A stretch of DNA of 64,000 nt from Oculina patagonica. Lineage: Eukaryota. The position numbers were made by a program, and so were the translations under genes. Shown one piece after another: positions 38,046 through 51,744 of this stretch; the first letter of the stretch is position 1, and every line of letters starts with the position of its first letter. The DNA is taken from the NCBI RefSeq assembly GCF_052425735.1, contig NC_135761.1, positions 12,462,001 through 12,526,000 on the forward strand. Reading direction: 5' to 3'. Under the pieces are notes generated by a model. It searched no databases, was not told the origin of the DNA, and saw only the letters and a program-made list of their open reading frames with translations.

Positions 38046-39783
38046 AAAACAGAAATATCTGAAAATTGGTCTGAAGAAAAGGCTTGATTTAAGGTTTACT
38101 ATGCCACACTGAAGGTCCTGAGGCTGCTATATATAGTCGACTCTTGTATTGAAGGACCCCAAGAGAAAATGAGGGACCCCTTATTTTTTATGAGCACCCG
38201 CATCAAGTGGTTAAAGTGCAGTCAAAACCTACTAATTATCTGTTTTGGCATTAAATCAAAACATAATCTTATTCCAAAAATTTCGATACATTTCGCTTGC
38301 CAAATCACGTACCGATATCAAAAATAAAATTTCGATTTCTTGTTTTTAGCATCGACCTTCAAACTTTGATTATCTTTCGATGATGAGCTGACAGGCAAGG
38401 TTTTATATATCTTAACACACAATATATTATTTTAACCTTTTGTTAGATCCGATGATACTGAAACGAGGAACATAACCTGTCCAGACAATATTATGTCCAA
38501 GAAAAACTCTTTCTCAGGTTAAAAGGTCACTCGCAGACTCGATATATCGATGTAGACAAATTTAGATGATTTACTCTGCGTGCACCGTTTCACTTCTCCA
38601 AGAAATCTTTTTTTTGTTCCAATTTTGTCCATGTTATGATTGCTATTTCATTTCTTTAAACACATGTTTTTATTATTTAAGCGTAAATCTGTTTTTATCA
38701 AGTTTGTTTTTGCTATTTTTAGTGAGGATAAAAGTCAAACTAGCGTCTAACTTATACAATATCAATTGCTGTGAGTAAAAAGGTTTAAATATAAAATTCT
38801 ATCAAGAACAACATCGACTAAATATCAACGAAAGGATCATGATATTGCACTAATGTATTACCACATTCAAAGTTCAAATGTATGAGAAAATCTATGGCTG
38901 ATCATTTATTGAGAAGATTTGAAATTAAAAACAATACAAAAATACGAACGAACAAAGCATCGTTTCTCATAGTGACCCTATGTTAACGGCGAAACGCACG
39001 GAAAACGTACTGATGGAAATTTCTTAGTAAATCGAGATAATTTATGTTGCCGGCGGAAAGGGGGTACTTCAGTAGAAAACCACGCACTTGATAATATCTC
39101 TTCGAGAGGAATAGAAACAAAGCTACATTAGCGTATATGAGTTTTGGGGATTTTTGTGACTAAATTTAAAAAACAAGTATTCCGAAAATATATTATACTG
39201 ATCACAGTATATTTTTGTAGGCAAACATAATACTAAACATATATTTCCTGTCGTGCGTCAATTACTTCCCACAACTGAAAAGCAAAATATAAATTACTCG
39301 AAAAGAATTATGTAGAAAGCAACTTCAAACGTTAGTAGACCAACAGTTAAATTATTAAATTTTCTTTATTTTCTATTCTCGATTCTCACACTGCATTTTT
39401 CACGCTGTAATATATTTTAAGGCTTATAAAAATATTTACGACCGACCAGCCGGCTATTTTAATTGAATATTCGGTCCGCTTCTCAACTATGGGTCACTTC
39501 ACATTATGACCGGATTTAAGTCACACGCTTGCTCGAAAAAGTCTAAACTCCAATCAGCAAATGACAGACATACATGTTCGCTTCTATTTATACTAAAGAT
39601 TAAAAACTGTTTTAGCCATTCGCAACCAAAAAGGAAACGACTAAATGAAGTTTAGGAAGTGTATCTACGTCAAACGGAATTTTCGTCAGTTTCTTTAAAT
39701 ACATGCCTCTTGGAAGCCTTAAATATATGCATTATTGACGCTTTATGTGTATCCTTGCGAAAGTACTGCCCGCATCGCACGCA

Positions 39784-40935
39784 TCAAACACTGGACGGCG
39801 CAAAAATCTCCTTTGCTTGTTTGTAAGAACAAGGTTTCGACCTGTTTGTTGTTTGCGATTGATTAGAAACCGAAGTTAATAGCTTTATCATCTCACTGTC
39901 TTTCTGCTGTAGTGCAATTCCCAGCGGCGTAAGGCCATCGTCCGTTTTCGCTCGAATGTTCGCGCCGCGGCGAATAAGCAGTTCGGCGCACTGTCTATTT
40001 CTACCGCACACTGCGGCGTGAAGCGGCGTCCAGCCTTCGCTGTCTTCAATTTCCACATCAGCTCCGCATTGAATTAAAGCATGTACACAACCAATTTTCC
40101 CGTCGTAGGCTGCTTCGTGAAGTGCCGAAGCGCCGCTCGACGTTAGCTGATCAATATTTACGGTCCCCGAGAGAATTATATTTTTGAGAGCGCCGGGGTC
40201 ATTCGCGGAAACCGCGGAACAAACCGTATACGAAGGGTGAAGAAACTTCGCATTGCAGTTCAGTCCTGGTCTTGTATAGCTAAGTTTCCTTCGCATAGAC
40301 GCTTGTGAGTTTTCCCAAGGCCTTTCATCCTCCACCGTATCAATTATAATTTGCGGAACAGAGAAAGTGTTTTTGATGTTCTTTTTCGTCGAGGTTATGA
40401 AAAGTTGAGGTGGAAAAGAGTACTGATTTGTAATGTCCTGAGTTTTGAGTCCATTGACGAGCCTGGTTAGCTTTTTCTTCGGACGAAAACCGTTCCTTTG
40501 AGGCAAAATTACAGAGTTGAGATTCATTCCGCTTTCAATTGGCATGCGAGGTAATTGAGGTAATACAGAGACCATTCCGTTGCTAGGTTTAGCTGCTGTA
40601 GCTTCTCCAACTTGCAGGTCGGGGACCTTAGCTGTTGCTTCCAACGTTCGTGGCTTAGCGCACCTGACGAGATCTGTGGAACCCGCGAACAGCCTCGAAT
40701 AATTATTATTGTCAGTTTCTTGGCTTAAAACAAATGGACTGGGAAACTCAATCCCATGAACACATGCTAGTTTCGAGAGGCTCTCAATATTCTGTCGAAC
40801 AGTGCCTGCCAGATTATTGCCCGTAGCAATCTCGAAACACAGATGACAGTTAAATAGATCGAAATTCTTGCGAAACGTGTCTAGTTCGTTAAGATAACTA
40901 GCAACAACGATGTTTCCTTGACGGTTTGTGATGGT
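39784..40935 (-). CDS. Ankyrin-repeat protein, PPP1R27/PPP1R12-like repeats with a long disordered N-terminus; start uncertain (first in-frame ATG 40575; frame open to 40935)
   Basis: Ankyrin motifs SGASALHEAAYDGKIGCVHALIQCGADV, DSEGWTPLHAAV and TDDGLTPLGIA. Manual translation finds no stop until TAA at 40938-40936. Confidence 0.85.
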   Translation of the reverse strand, partial: TITNRQGNIVVASYLNELDTFRKNFDLFNCHLCFEIATGNNLAGTVRQNIESLSKLACVHGIEFPSPFVLSQETDNNNYSRLFAGSTDLVRCAKPRTLEATAKVPDLQVGEATAAKPSNGMVSVLPQLPRMPIESGMNLNSVILPQRNGFRPKKKLTRLVNGLKTQDITNQYSFPPQLFITSTKKNIKNTFSVPQIIIDTVEDERPWENSQASMRRKLSYTRPGLNCNAKFLHPSYTVCSAVSANDPGALKNIILSGTVNIDQLTSSGASALHEAAYDGKIGCVHALIQCGADVEIEDSEGWTPLHAAVCGRNRQCAELLIRRGANIRAKTDDGLTPLGIALQQKDSEMIKLLTSVSNQSQTTNRSKPCSYKQAKEIFAPSSV

Positions 40936-41021
40936 TTAGTGATGTTTGGGTCACGAGCGAGAGGACACATAATGGGTTTATTTTCCCAATCGCGTCTGTA
41001 ATCATGTCAATCATCCCGGCT

Positions 41022-41392
41022 ATGACGTCAAACCGTTGTTTTTTTCCGGCTCGGGCAATAAGAGATTTATAGATGTTCTTTAGGAGATCTCTTTTATTCT
41101 CATTGTTCAGAACTGAAGGCTGTCATATTGAAAAGAATGGCATTTTTGAATTTTAATACGATCTAGTTCTATTTTAGGAAATTGTTTACAATCCGAAAGG
41201 TAATTGTTTGGATTTCGAAACAGCTCAGACTGCGGGGAAACAAGGGCTAAAATGTTGTTTAAAAAGAACCTTGCTCCATCAATCATTCTAGAAAATTCAA
41301 CGCATTTTTGTTTTATTAAACATCCAAGTCGGTTGCCACAGATTCAATATCACTCGGACCGCTGTGTGATTTGCGCGCGCTATGACGTCATT
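41022..41392. promoter_or_regulatory. Two full CRE palindromes (TGACGTCA) and a minus-strand TATAAA upstream of the ankyrin gene
   Basis: CTATGACGTCA at ~41020-41030 and ~41380-41390; TTTATA on + at ~41065-41071. Confidence 0.4.
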
Positions 41393-43901
41393 GGTTGAAA
41401 CGATGAGCGAAAATCCTGTTTTACTGCCATGAAAACGCCTGTATTTTCAATTGTATGACAAATACTGCAGCCTACTTTTATTGAATATATTTATTTTCCA
41501 AGGTCAAAGAAATAAATTAATCTAAGCAGAAGATAAAATAAACTAAGTTTTTTTTCTGCGGTTGATATTTTCTATTTAATCACAGTAGTTAAATTGTTTT
41601 TTATTTTAATTTTCTGCATTGATGCGTGGTTTCTTTATGGTGTATTTGCATGTTAAAATTCATTGGTGCTTTGAATGCTATGTATTCGCCTCTCTTTTGT
41701 GATAAGGACGATAGTGGGCAATAACATCATTACTGGCCAAAATTAACATCGTGTTAATCGCCATGAGTTTATTTTCAAAGATACAAATTTCGTAGATTAT
41801 TATTTCAGTCGTATGGCTTGCTGTCGTAGGAAAACAGTAATTTAGCAGTGACTCATGATATCACTACACAATTTAATATTTAAAGGTTGGCTGAACGTAA
41901 GTAAAAAAATAAAAAAGCAAAAACTGAAAAATTTTATTATACAGATAAGCACCTTGAGTCATTAAATTCGCAACACATTTAGAAAATGTTTTATTTTTAT
42001 CGAACAATTTTAAGTTAATTCATTGGTGGGTGGATTTCAAAGCAACGAAAAGGCGAGAAAGAAAGAGAGAAATTAAATAAATAACAAAGATAATCACTGT
42101 CATTGAAAATGACATGGACTATAATTCAATTCTAGTACAAAAACAGATTTGGTGTAAGGCACCCTTGAAGTAAACTACGTATGTAGCTATTTTGAAAGAT
42201 ATACGAAGAAAGCTTGCTAACTAAACATTTGTTTCACCCAAGGGATGTCCTAAGAGCTCTCCACTTACTAGACGTAACGGCAAAACTCAACGCCTACAAA
42301 TCTGCCGCGGAGATAATCACTCATAATTATGTGTAGGTTGAGTGTGACGAACGAGAAATCGGCAAACATGACAGGTCATCTTAACTTAAAAGTTAATGAC
42401 GGGATTAGGTGGGTAATGAATTAAAATTCTAAACACATCCTTTCCTAGAAAAACATAACATGGGCTGGTTCGAGCTGATATGCAGAGGATATACGTAAAA
42501 CTAGATTTAAATCGTGACAGGTATCGAATAAGCTTTTCATGAAAAGTGTCTCACTCTTGCGTTTTGGTTCGCGTTTCATAATTTGCTTACTGAAATTAAC
42601 TATGTTTACGGATAAGTTTCAAGCTCAGAGAACAAATTTTCTTCTTAACGTAGGTTAAATGTGGCACGTGTAACTTGGAGATACGCCTACAGAATTCAAT
42701 ATAATATAATACAAATAATGAAATAATGTTTATCAACATTTTATAAATGCATCAGAAACGTGATTAGAAAACGATTATATTTAAGAATACACCCCTGGCA
42801 TTGTTTACGGTACTCCGTATTTTTGTTCGAGTAAATAGATTTATTTTTAGCAAAAAGGAAGCAAAATCGAAAATTTTTAAGTGATGAAAAACTCGTGAGC
42901 ATGAAAACTATTTGTTTCAGCTAAAAAGTATGCTTAAAGTCGTTTCCTGAACATGGCGAAGCGTGCGAAAACGGAAACTCACACCTGCTTCGCAAAATTT
43001 GCGTAGTAGCTTTTTCTTTCACGTCAAACAGACCACAAAATACCCAATCTTCACTTAATCATTTTCCTTTTAAATCTTCTTCTGGAAAACATATTTTCGA
43101 TATTAGACAATGAACAAAATGGGAACTAAAACGCCTTTGTGAATTGAATTTACCTGGATATGTTTTTAAGCAAGTCTTGATTTCGAAATTCAGTGATAAA
43201 TATACCCCAAACACAGCCAGTCAGTTATAAGAAAGGATAAGTTTACCAGCCAATTTTACAAGCTGTGTAACGGTTTTAATGTCAAGGTCATCCACTCGCT
43301 AAATTATGCCTTTTGACGCATAAAAACCCTCGACAAAAATGACGAATAAATAAAAGACTTCTCGAGTAGAACGTTAAGGCCAATATTCAGGACAAAGTAT
43401 CCATATCTGTTGAACTGTTTTCGTGATACTAGTCGAAGAAAATAGCGATATTTGTTTGTCGACTCTTCTTGGCTCGCATTGTCAGTTCATTTTGAGTTTG
43501 CACTTTAAAATCGTAAGAATCATACTAACGAAAAAGAAAAATCAGCTTCTTTTTTCGAGCTCATGTCTTGCGTCAGAACTTTTAAAAGGCTCACTGCGCA
43601 AGCGAGCTATGTGCGTCAATAATTACTGAGTAATGGTCAATGATGACAAACCAAGTTAAAAATAATTCTTCACAAAAAATAATGATGCAAGGATAAAAAT
43701 GGGTTGCACGCTATAGTCAAAGCTGTCAACAACATTTTACACCTTAATGTGTGGCATATGTAAGTTGCTAACTTTTTGTTTTTCTTGTCTTCTCACCGGC
43801 ACACTAAATAGTCAGATACTGCCAACACGGAGTCTAAATAATACGCAAACCAAACTAATTTGATTCTGTTTTGTTTTTATTAAAAGGATATGTTATACTT
43901 A

Positions 43902-44140
43902 CGGTACGGACGGACCATTATTTTTTTGGAGGGGGGGGGGGGGGGGATGAAAAATATTGAAAAAAATTGTTTGCAGGGCCTGGAAAGACAAAATAAATTG
44001 TTTGCAAACACGATATGTATAACAAAAAATAGTAAGAATTTCGAAAAAAAAAATGTTTGCAGAGGTGCATAAACTAAAAAGAAAGTTTGCAGAGGAAAAT
44101 TTTTCATCCCCCCCCTCCAAGAAAATAATGGTCCGTCCCT
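43902..44140. mobile_element. MITE present only in duplication copy 1
   Basis: GGACGGACCATTATTTT..AAAATAATGGTCCGTCC arms; empty site ATACTTATGTCG at ~49527-49539. Confidence 0.85.
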
Positions 44141-44512
44141 TATGTCGAATACCGTAAAAGCTCTTTTAAGCCCCCCCCTCTCTAAGCCCTCCGTCTGAAA
44201 GTTTCGTTTTTTAATAAAGCCCCCTCTCTATTAATAAGCCCCCATTCCTCCTTTGATCATAAATCATGACAAGGAAAGAAGGCAACTGTACGCTTTGAAG
44301 GGTCTTCTTCCACCGCATTTACTTTTCCTTGTGGCTTTTTTGTGAAAAAGTGGTATCAAACGCACTAAAACATTAAAAAGGTCACTTTATTTCTTTTATT
44401 CGTACCCTAACTAATATAAGATTTGAAAGTAAGCCCCCGTCTCTAATAAGGCCTCCCCCTCAAAAGCTCCTAAAAGAAATGAACCCCCGCGGATAATTTC
44501 CATTTATTTTTA

Positions 44513-44582
<70 letters not shown>

Positions 44583-45626
44583 ACAGTCCTATAATAAGTT
44601 TCTTGAACTTAAGAGCATGAGAGAAATGTTGATTCCTGATAACGTTCTGCGTGTAACGCTGATTTCACCGAATCTTATTTTAAACAAGTAGTTTTAGTTT
44701 TAAAAAGCTCGCTTTTCGAGCTGTACCATTAAAACTCCGGCTAAACCGTCAGTCACAGGCTTACTAGTTTTAAATTTCTCCTAATTTCAGTGCATTTTAG
44801 CCGATTAGAAAGGTTGACTCCGTGTAATTCAAGGCTGAGTGATAACCAATTTGAAACTCGAGTTAGATATATGGACTTGACTTATAATTAGGCTTCAAGG
44901 GATGAAGACCGGACACGCCCAAGAGTAAAGGCGAGCCTTGGTACGGCAAATTTTCCTTTACTTGAGTAGGATGACCTGACATGGACAGAAATACCCTAAT
45001 TTTTAGTATGAGTAATCGAAAATCTCTCACCCTGAAAAGTCAGTCCGAATGAGCGATAGCGCGCAAGTTGCTGAGGCCGAGCGCGCGCGAGGAAACGGTC
45101 GGGAGAGGCAAAAAAGATTTATCCCGCGTTCTTCCTCCCACTCGCTCACGCACACAGATCTCCACTCTTGCTAATGACAGCGAATAAAGTCCACAGTGAG
45201 GAACGGGACAGACGTGGGCAACTGGTACGTGCGCTATTAAAGTTGAACTCCGATCTTTAGGTTATTTTTTACACAAATTCTAAATGTCCGGTGAAATTTG
45301 AAACTTCGCCTACAGGCCTACACCGATCCTTCCTTTCGTCTGCGCAAATCATTCTGTTACGTACTTATTGTGACCTTCCGACACTATTTTAGACATTATT
45401 TTCTATTTTTAAGCATCGTCGATCATGTTCGCGCAAAAATCGACCACTTAAATTGATTTCTGTCGCCCGGCGAGAAATTTCAAACTAAAATTGTCGACAT
45501 GCGAAAGAAACGTCTAAAAATAACCAACATGATACGGTCACTTCTAGTTGTCCTAGTTGTGAGCGTAAAATGTCTTGAATTTTCGCTATGGTTTCTCATC
45601 AGTATTCTTTGTTATGATTATTCTAA

Positions 45627-45799
45627 AGGCCGATTTACACGGTACGATTTTGTCGCGTGCGACAAGATTACGACAGGCCTACGACGGTCGTAAGCGAGTT
45701 GTAAGTTTGATTTACACGACACAATTCGTGTCGTAGGCCTGTCGTAAGCATATCGCAAGCATGTCGTATGCGACAAAATCGCACCGTGTAAATCGGCCT
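45627..45799. mobile_element. PIF/Harbinger-type MITE (TAA TSD), copy 1 only
   Basis: TIR AGGCCGATTTACACGGT; TAA on both sides; empty site TTCTAAGGCATTC at ~52233-52245. Confidence 0.9.
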
Positions 45800-46382
45800 T
45801 AAGGCATTCGATGTAAAAAAACATTCCCCCAAGAAAAACAGCGTGACTTAAGCAAAACATTGCATAACCAGCTTGTCTATGTTTAACTTGATCAGAAGCA
45901 TTTTTCTGACCTTTCGATCTCGCACTCCACTAAATCGACTAAATATAATTTAGGAACTGTTACGTTCACAGCACGCGTGGTATCAAAGTGCAGGGAATGA
46001 CGTCAATCGTAGGTTGCATTTCGCTATTTTTAAGACCTAAAACAATTAGCAAGGAATTTATAGATCGCCCATCAGGTTAAGTTAGTGGAAATTGAAAATA
46101 CTAAAATCAGGAACCCTTGACTAAAAATAAAAAATAAATAATGAATCTTACAGTGGTGCGTCAGACGTGACGAAGATTGTAATACGCAGTTGCCACGGAA
46201 AAGACAATAGTCAGCTCTGATTTATAGGAGCATCGTCATGATATTTTAAGTCATTTTTTTGATTACTTTGAAGTTAAAAAAACCTCAAAATGATAGTTTT
46301 CTAACGTAGAAAAACAACAAAGGAGTAATAAAAAAGCAAAAATAAACAAGAATGGTTTTTACTGACGAAGACTGAAAGCGGA

Positions 46383-46667
46383 TAGAGCGGTTTTCACTTG
46401 AGTGTCGAAAGTAATTTGGTTTTCTTTGGTTTTGCGTTCACAACGCTTAGTGATTGGTTTAAAAATTTCGCGCCACTTTCTCGGCCAATCAGGAGTAAAA
46501 CCAAAACCAATTGGGACTCGCTCGCGCACGTTTTCCCGCGCTTTGTGCCAACTACATGTAATTGCTTCTAGTTTTGATTGGTTCACTGGATTGTCTGTGT
46601 CCTTTGTGATTGGCCGGAGTAATTACTTTGGTTTTGGTTTTACGACACTCAATTGAAAACTGCTCTA
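46383..46667. mobile_element. MITE predating the duplication (second copy 53360-53643)
   Basis: TAGAGCGGTTTTCACTTGAGTGTCG..CGACACTCAATTGAAAACTGCTCTA termini in both copies. Confidence 0.8.
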
Positions 46668-49600
46668 ACGACTTACAAACTTGATATTTCAAGATCCGTT
46701 GTCCGTGACGTAGCTCCTTTAAGATTTCTTTTAATTGAATTAAACTGTACATTGTTTCATAATAATGAAGAAGGTTACTATGAAATCGAAAAACAAATCT
46801 CCATAGGGTAAATAGCATGAGTAAAAATAAATATCGCTAAGCCGATTGTGCCGGGACCTACGGCTTTTGAAATTGCTGAAATCCAAAAGCATGTTTCAGA
46901 TCTTGACACTATTAAGGTATGCTATAAACAGTTGTCGGCTTTCTCGCGAATGCTTGTGAAACTTTGTTTTCATAGCATTTATAAATTGACGCCAGGTTTA
47001 AAATCACTTGGCCGTCAGTCAGTGTCGAGAAACAAAAATAAGTACTGAATAAATGCTGTTTTGAAATGAACATACCGTAAGGCCAAGTTTGAAATAAACA
47101 CCGGGGGCGTTTAATCGAGAAAATACTGCAACCAAATCACTGTACGTTTAAAATCTTATGACCATCCAGAAGCACATTAAATCCCTTTACTGATGCATAT
47201 GTTTGCAAAGTTGTTAAATAAATAAAGGCAATTACTCATGGGTTTAAAATTATCTTGTATTTAATACATCAGCACGTTGGATAAACCTCTTAAATTGACA
47301 AAAATTAAAATTAAATGAAATAAAATAATAAAGACTTCCAAACGAACTACCAAACTTTCTGACAGTTTCTGTATTCTTTTTCTTTAAGATGGAGAGTTCG
47401 GATCACGACTACTGAAAGTGTTGTGCACATTGTGGTATTTTTTTTGGCCACTGTCGCCATTTTGATTTCGTAAATGCAAACGAAAACATTGGAAAAAAAA
47501 AAAAAAAAAAAAAAACAGTTTGGATGCAGGGGACCACGCAACGAAGAAAAAACTGCTTGGCTTCTCTGCTGCCGGATCTCTTGTTCAAGAAATGCTCGTA
47601 CCAGACGTCACTCTAAGTGCTTATAAAACCAAATTGATTGCAAGGCTGGTACAACGGCAGGAGGGCAAGATTTATTGGCCAATATTTCAACTAGCAGAGC
47701 TAGTCTTCTTCAGGGCCAGAACTATAATCTAAGGAAAATAACGGCTCTAAAATTTGAATTTGGATAATACAGTGTGGGTTAATAACTCAAGAAGTTATCT
47801 CTAGTTGTAAATAAATTTTGAAAGATATATGAAGAAAACTTGCTAGCTAAACATTTGTTTCACCCGAGGGATGTCCTGAAAGCTCTCCACTTACTAGACG
47901 TAACGGCAAAACCAAACGCCTACAACTCTGCCGCGGAGATAATCACTCATAATTATGTGTAGGTTGAGTGTAACGAACGAGAAATCGGCAAACATGACAG
48001 GTCATCTTAACTTAAAAGTTAATGACGGGATTAGGTGGGGAACGAATTAAAATTCTATACACATCCTTTCCTAGAAAAACATAACATGGGCTGGTTCGAG
48101 CTGATATGCAGAGGATATACGTAAAACTAGATTTAAATCGTGACAAGTATCGAATAAGCTTTTCATGAAAAGTGTCTCACTCTTGCGTTTTGGTTCGCGT
48201 TTCATAATTTGCTTACTGAAATTAACTATGTTTACGGATAAGTTTCAAGCTCAGAGAACAAATTTTCTTCTTAACGTAGGTTAAATGTGGCACGTGTAAC
48301 TTGGAGATACGCCTACAGAATTCAATATAATATAATACAAATAATGAAATAATGTTTATCAACATTTTATATTAAAATGCATCAGAAACGTGATTAGAAA
48401 ACGATTATATTTAAGAATACACCCTGGCATTTCTTGCGATACTCCGTGTTTTTGTTCGAGTAAATAGATTTATTTTTAGCAAAAAGGAAGCAAAATCGGA
48501 AATTTTTAAGTGATGGAAAACTCCTGAACATGAAAACTATTTGTTTCAGGTAAAAAGTATGCTTAAAGTCGTTTCCTGAACATGGCGACGCGTGCGAAAA
48601 CGGAAACCAACACATGCTACGCAAAAGTTGCGTAGAAATTGCTTTTTCTTTCACGTCAAACAGACCACAAAAATTCCCAATCTTCACTTAATCATTTTCC
48701 TTCTAAATCTTCTTCTGGAAAACATATTTTTGATATTAGATAATGAACAAAATGGGAACTAAAACACCTTTGTGAATTGAATTTGCCTGGATATGTTTTT
48801 AAGCAAGTCTTGATTTCGAAATTCAGTGATAAATATACCCCAAACACAGCCAGTCAGTGATAAGAAAGGATAAGTTTACCAGCCAATTTTACAAGCTGTG
48901 TAACGGTTTTAATGTCAAGGTCATCCACTCGCTAAATTATGCCTTTTGACGCATAAAAACCCTCGACAAAAATGACGAATAAATAAAAGACTTCTCGAGT
49001 AGAACGTTAAGGCCAATATTCAGGACAAATTATCAATATCTGTTGAACTGTTTTCGTGATACTAGTCGAAGAAAATAGCGATATTTGTTTGTCGACTCTT
49101 CTTGGCTCGTATTGTCAGTTCATTTTGAGTTTGCACTTTAAAAACGTAAGAATCATACTAACGAAAAAGAAAAATCAGCTTCTTTTTTCGAGCTCATGTC
49201 TTGCGTCAGAACTTTTAAAAGGCTCACTGCGCAAGCGAGCTATGTGCGTCAATAATTACTGAGTAATGGTCAATGATGACAAACCAAGTTAAAAATAATT
49301 CTTCACAAAAAATAATGATGCAAGGAGAAAAATGGGTTGCACGCTATAGTCAAAGCTGTCAACAACATTTTACAGCTTAATGTGTGGCATATGTAAGTTG
49401 CTAACTTTTTGTTTTTCTTGTCTTCTCAGCGGCAGACTAAATAGTCAGATCCTGCCAACACGGAGTCTAAATAATACGCAAACCAAACTGATTTGATTCT
49501 GTTTTGTTTTTATTAAAAGGATATGTTATACTTATGTCGAATACCGTAAAAGCTCTTTTAAGCCCCCCCCCCTCTCTAAGCCCTCCGTCTGAAAGTTTCG

Positions 49601-49905
49601 TTTTTTAATAAAGCCCCCTCTCTATTAATAAGCCCCCATTCCTCCTTTGATCATAAATCATGACAAGGAAAGAAGGCAACTGTACGCTTTAAAGGGTCTT
49701 CTTCCACCGCATTTACTTTTCCTTGTGGCTTTTTTGTGAAATAGTGGTATTAAACGCACTAAAACATTAAAAAGGTCACTTTATTTCTTTTATTCGTACC
49801 CTAACTAATATAAGATTTGAAAGTAAGCCCCCGTCTCTAATAAGGCCTCCCCCCCCTCAAAAGCTCCTAAAAGAAATGAACCCCCGCGGATAATTTCCAT
49901 TTATT

Positions 49906-49979
<74 letters not shown>

Positions 49980-50009
49980 ACAGTCCTATAATAAGTTTCT
50001 TGGACTTAA

Positions 50010-50913
50010 GGTCGCGGAGGATACCTACGCATGAATAAATCCATGAAGCGAAATTTTGCTTGACTTGCATCTTTTAAAACGCTTATTTCTTGGCTGTTAT
50101 GGGTGCGATTTAGCTCAAATTTTACAGAGACATAAAGAAATGATGAACGATTATGAATGTAATCTTTTATTTGGCAGATTGCACTAACAGCGATGTTATA
50201 GCCACGTTACTGCCAAATTGGGAAGAACATGATTTTGTGGCAGAGTTTGCGGAACGAGTATGAGACAGCACACTGTGATCTTGTCAAAGACCAATCAGTC
50301 AATACCTCTAGTGTGTCATAACAGAAGCGGATTTTTTAATTTAAAGTTTGCCAGCAAGTTATGGAGGTTTAAATGAGCAAATTTGAATTTAATGCCTTCT
50401 ACCTCTTACTAAAACCGCTCTTTTAAAATTCCGCTTCTGTTATGACACACTACAGAATTCATAGTTTACCTATCTGCAGTGACAAGTAATGAAGTTTTGT
50501 ATCCAAAAAAAAGTCCAAACTTTGAAATTTCCGAAGGTGTCCCGACCAAAACGCGATCAGAGATGTAATTGTATGGTAATTATATTCACGCACGCTTTTA
50601 TGGTGAGAACAATGCGTTTTTAGAAAGGACACGATTGTTTATGCCGAATATTATTGTGATTACTTTGAGTTGCAGAAATATTCAAATCTGAATGAAAACT
50701 AACTCATAGACCTCCTATTATACAACGTAAAATGCAACGCTTTAAATTGGTTAAAATATCAAAGAAACAGGGATATTTTTCAAATCACGCGCACGCGCCC
50801 ATATTTTTATTCAGTCATAAATATCTCGTAAAGTTGTCGATATCAGTCGTTGTACGTCGTGCATACGCTTTTAATAAATACATAATGATGAACCTAAGGT
50901 GTCCCCCGCGACC
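50010..50913. mobile_element. Non-autonomous DNA transposon at a TTAA site (Kolobok-like), copy 2 only
   Basis: TIRs GGTCGCGGAGGATACCT / AGGTGTCCCCCGCGACC; flanks TTAA / TTA; empty site CTTAAGAGCATG at ~44608-44619. Confidence 0.85.
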
Positions 50914-51744
50914 TTAGAGCATGAGAGAAATGTTGATTCCTGATAACGTTCTGCGTGTAACGCTGATTTCACCGAATCTTGTTTTAAACAAGTAGTTTAA
51001 GTTCTAAAAAGCTCGCTTTTTGAGCTGTACCATTAAAACTCCGGCTAAACCGTCAGTCACAGGCTTACTAGTTTTTAATTTCTCCTAATTTCAGTGCATT
51101 TTAGCCGATTAGAAAGGTTGACTCCGTGTAATTCAAGGCCGAGTGATAACCAATTTGAAACTCGAGTTAGATATATGGACTTGACTTATAATTAGGCTTC
51201 AAGGGATGAAGACCGGACACGCCCAAGAGTAAAGGCGAGCCTTGGTACGGCAAAATTTTCCTTTACTTGAGTAGGATGACCTGACATGGACAGAAATACC
51301 CTAATTTTTAGTATGAGTAATCGAAAATCTCTCACCCTGAAAAGTCAGTCCGAATGAGCGATAGCGCGCAAGTTGCTGAGGCCGAGCGCGCGCGAGGAAA
51401 TTAAACGGTCGGGAGAGGCAAAAAAGATTTATCCTTTCGCGTTCTTCCTCCCACTCGCTCACGCCCACAGATCTTCACTCTTGCTAATGACAGCGAATAA
51501 AGTCCACAATAAGGAACGGGACAGACGTGGGCAACTGGCACGTGCGCTATTAAAGTTGAACTCCGATCTTGAGGTTATTTTTTACACAAATTCTAAATGT
51601 CCGGTGAAATTTGAAACTTCGCCTACAGGCCTACACCGATCCTTCCTTTCGTCTGCGCAAATCATTTTGTTACGTACATATTGTGACCTTCCGACACTAT
51701 TTTAGACATTATTTTCTATTTTTAAGCATCGTCGATCATGTTCG

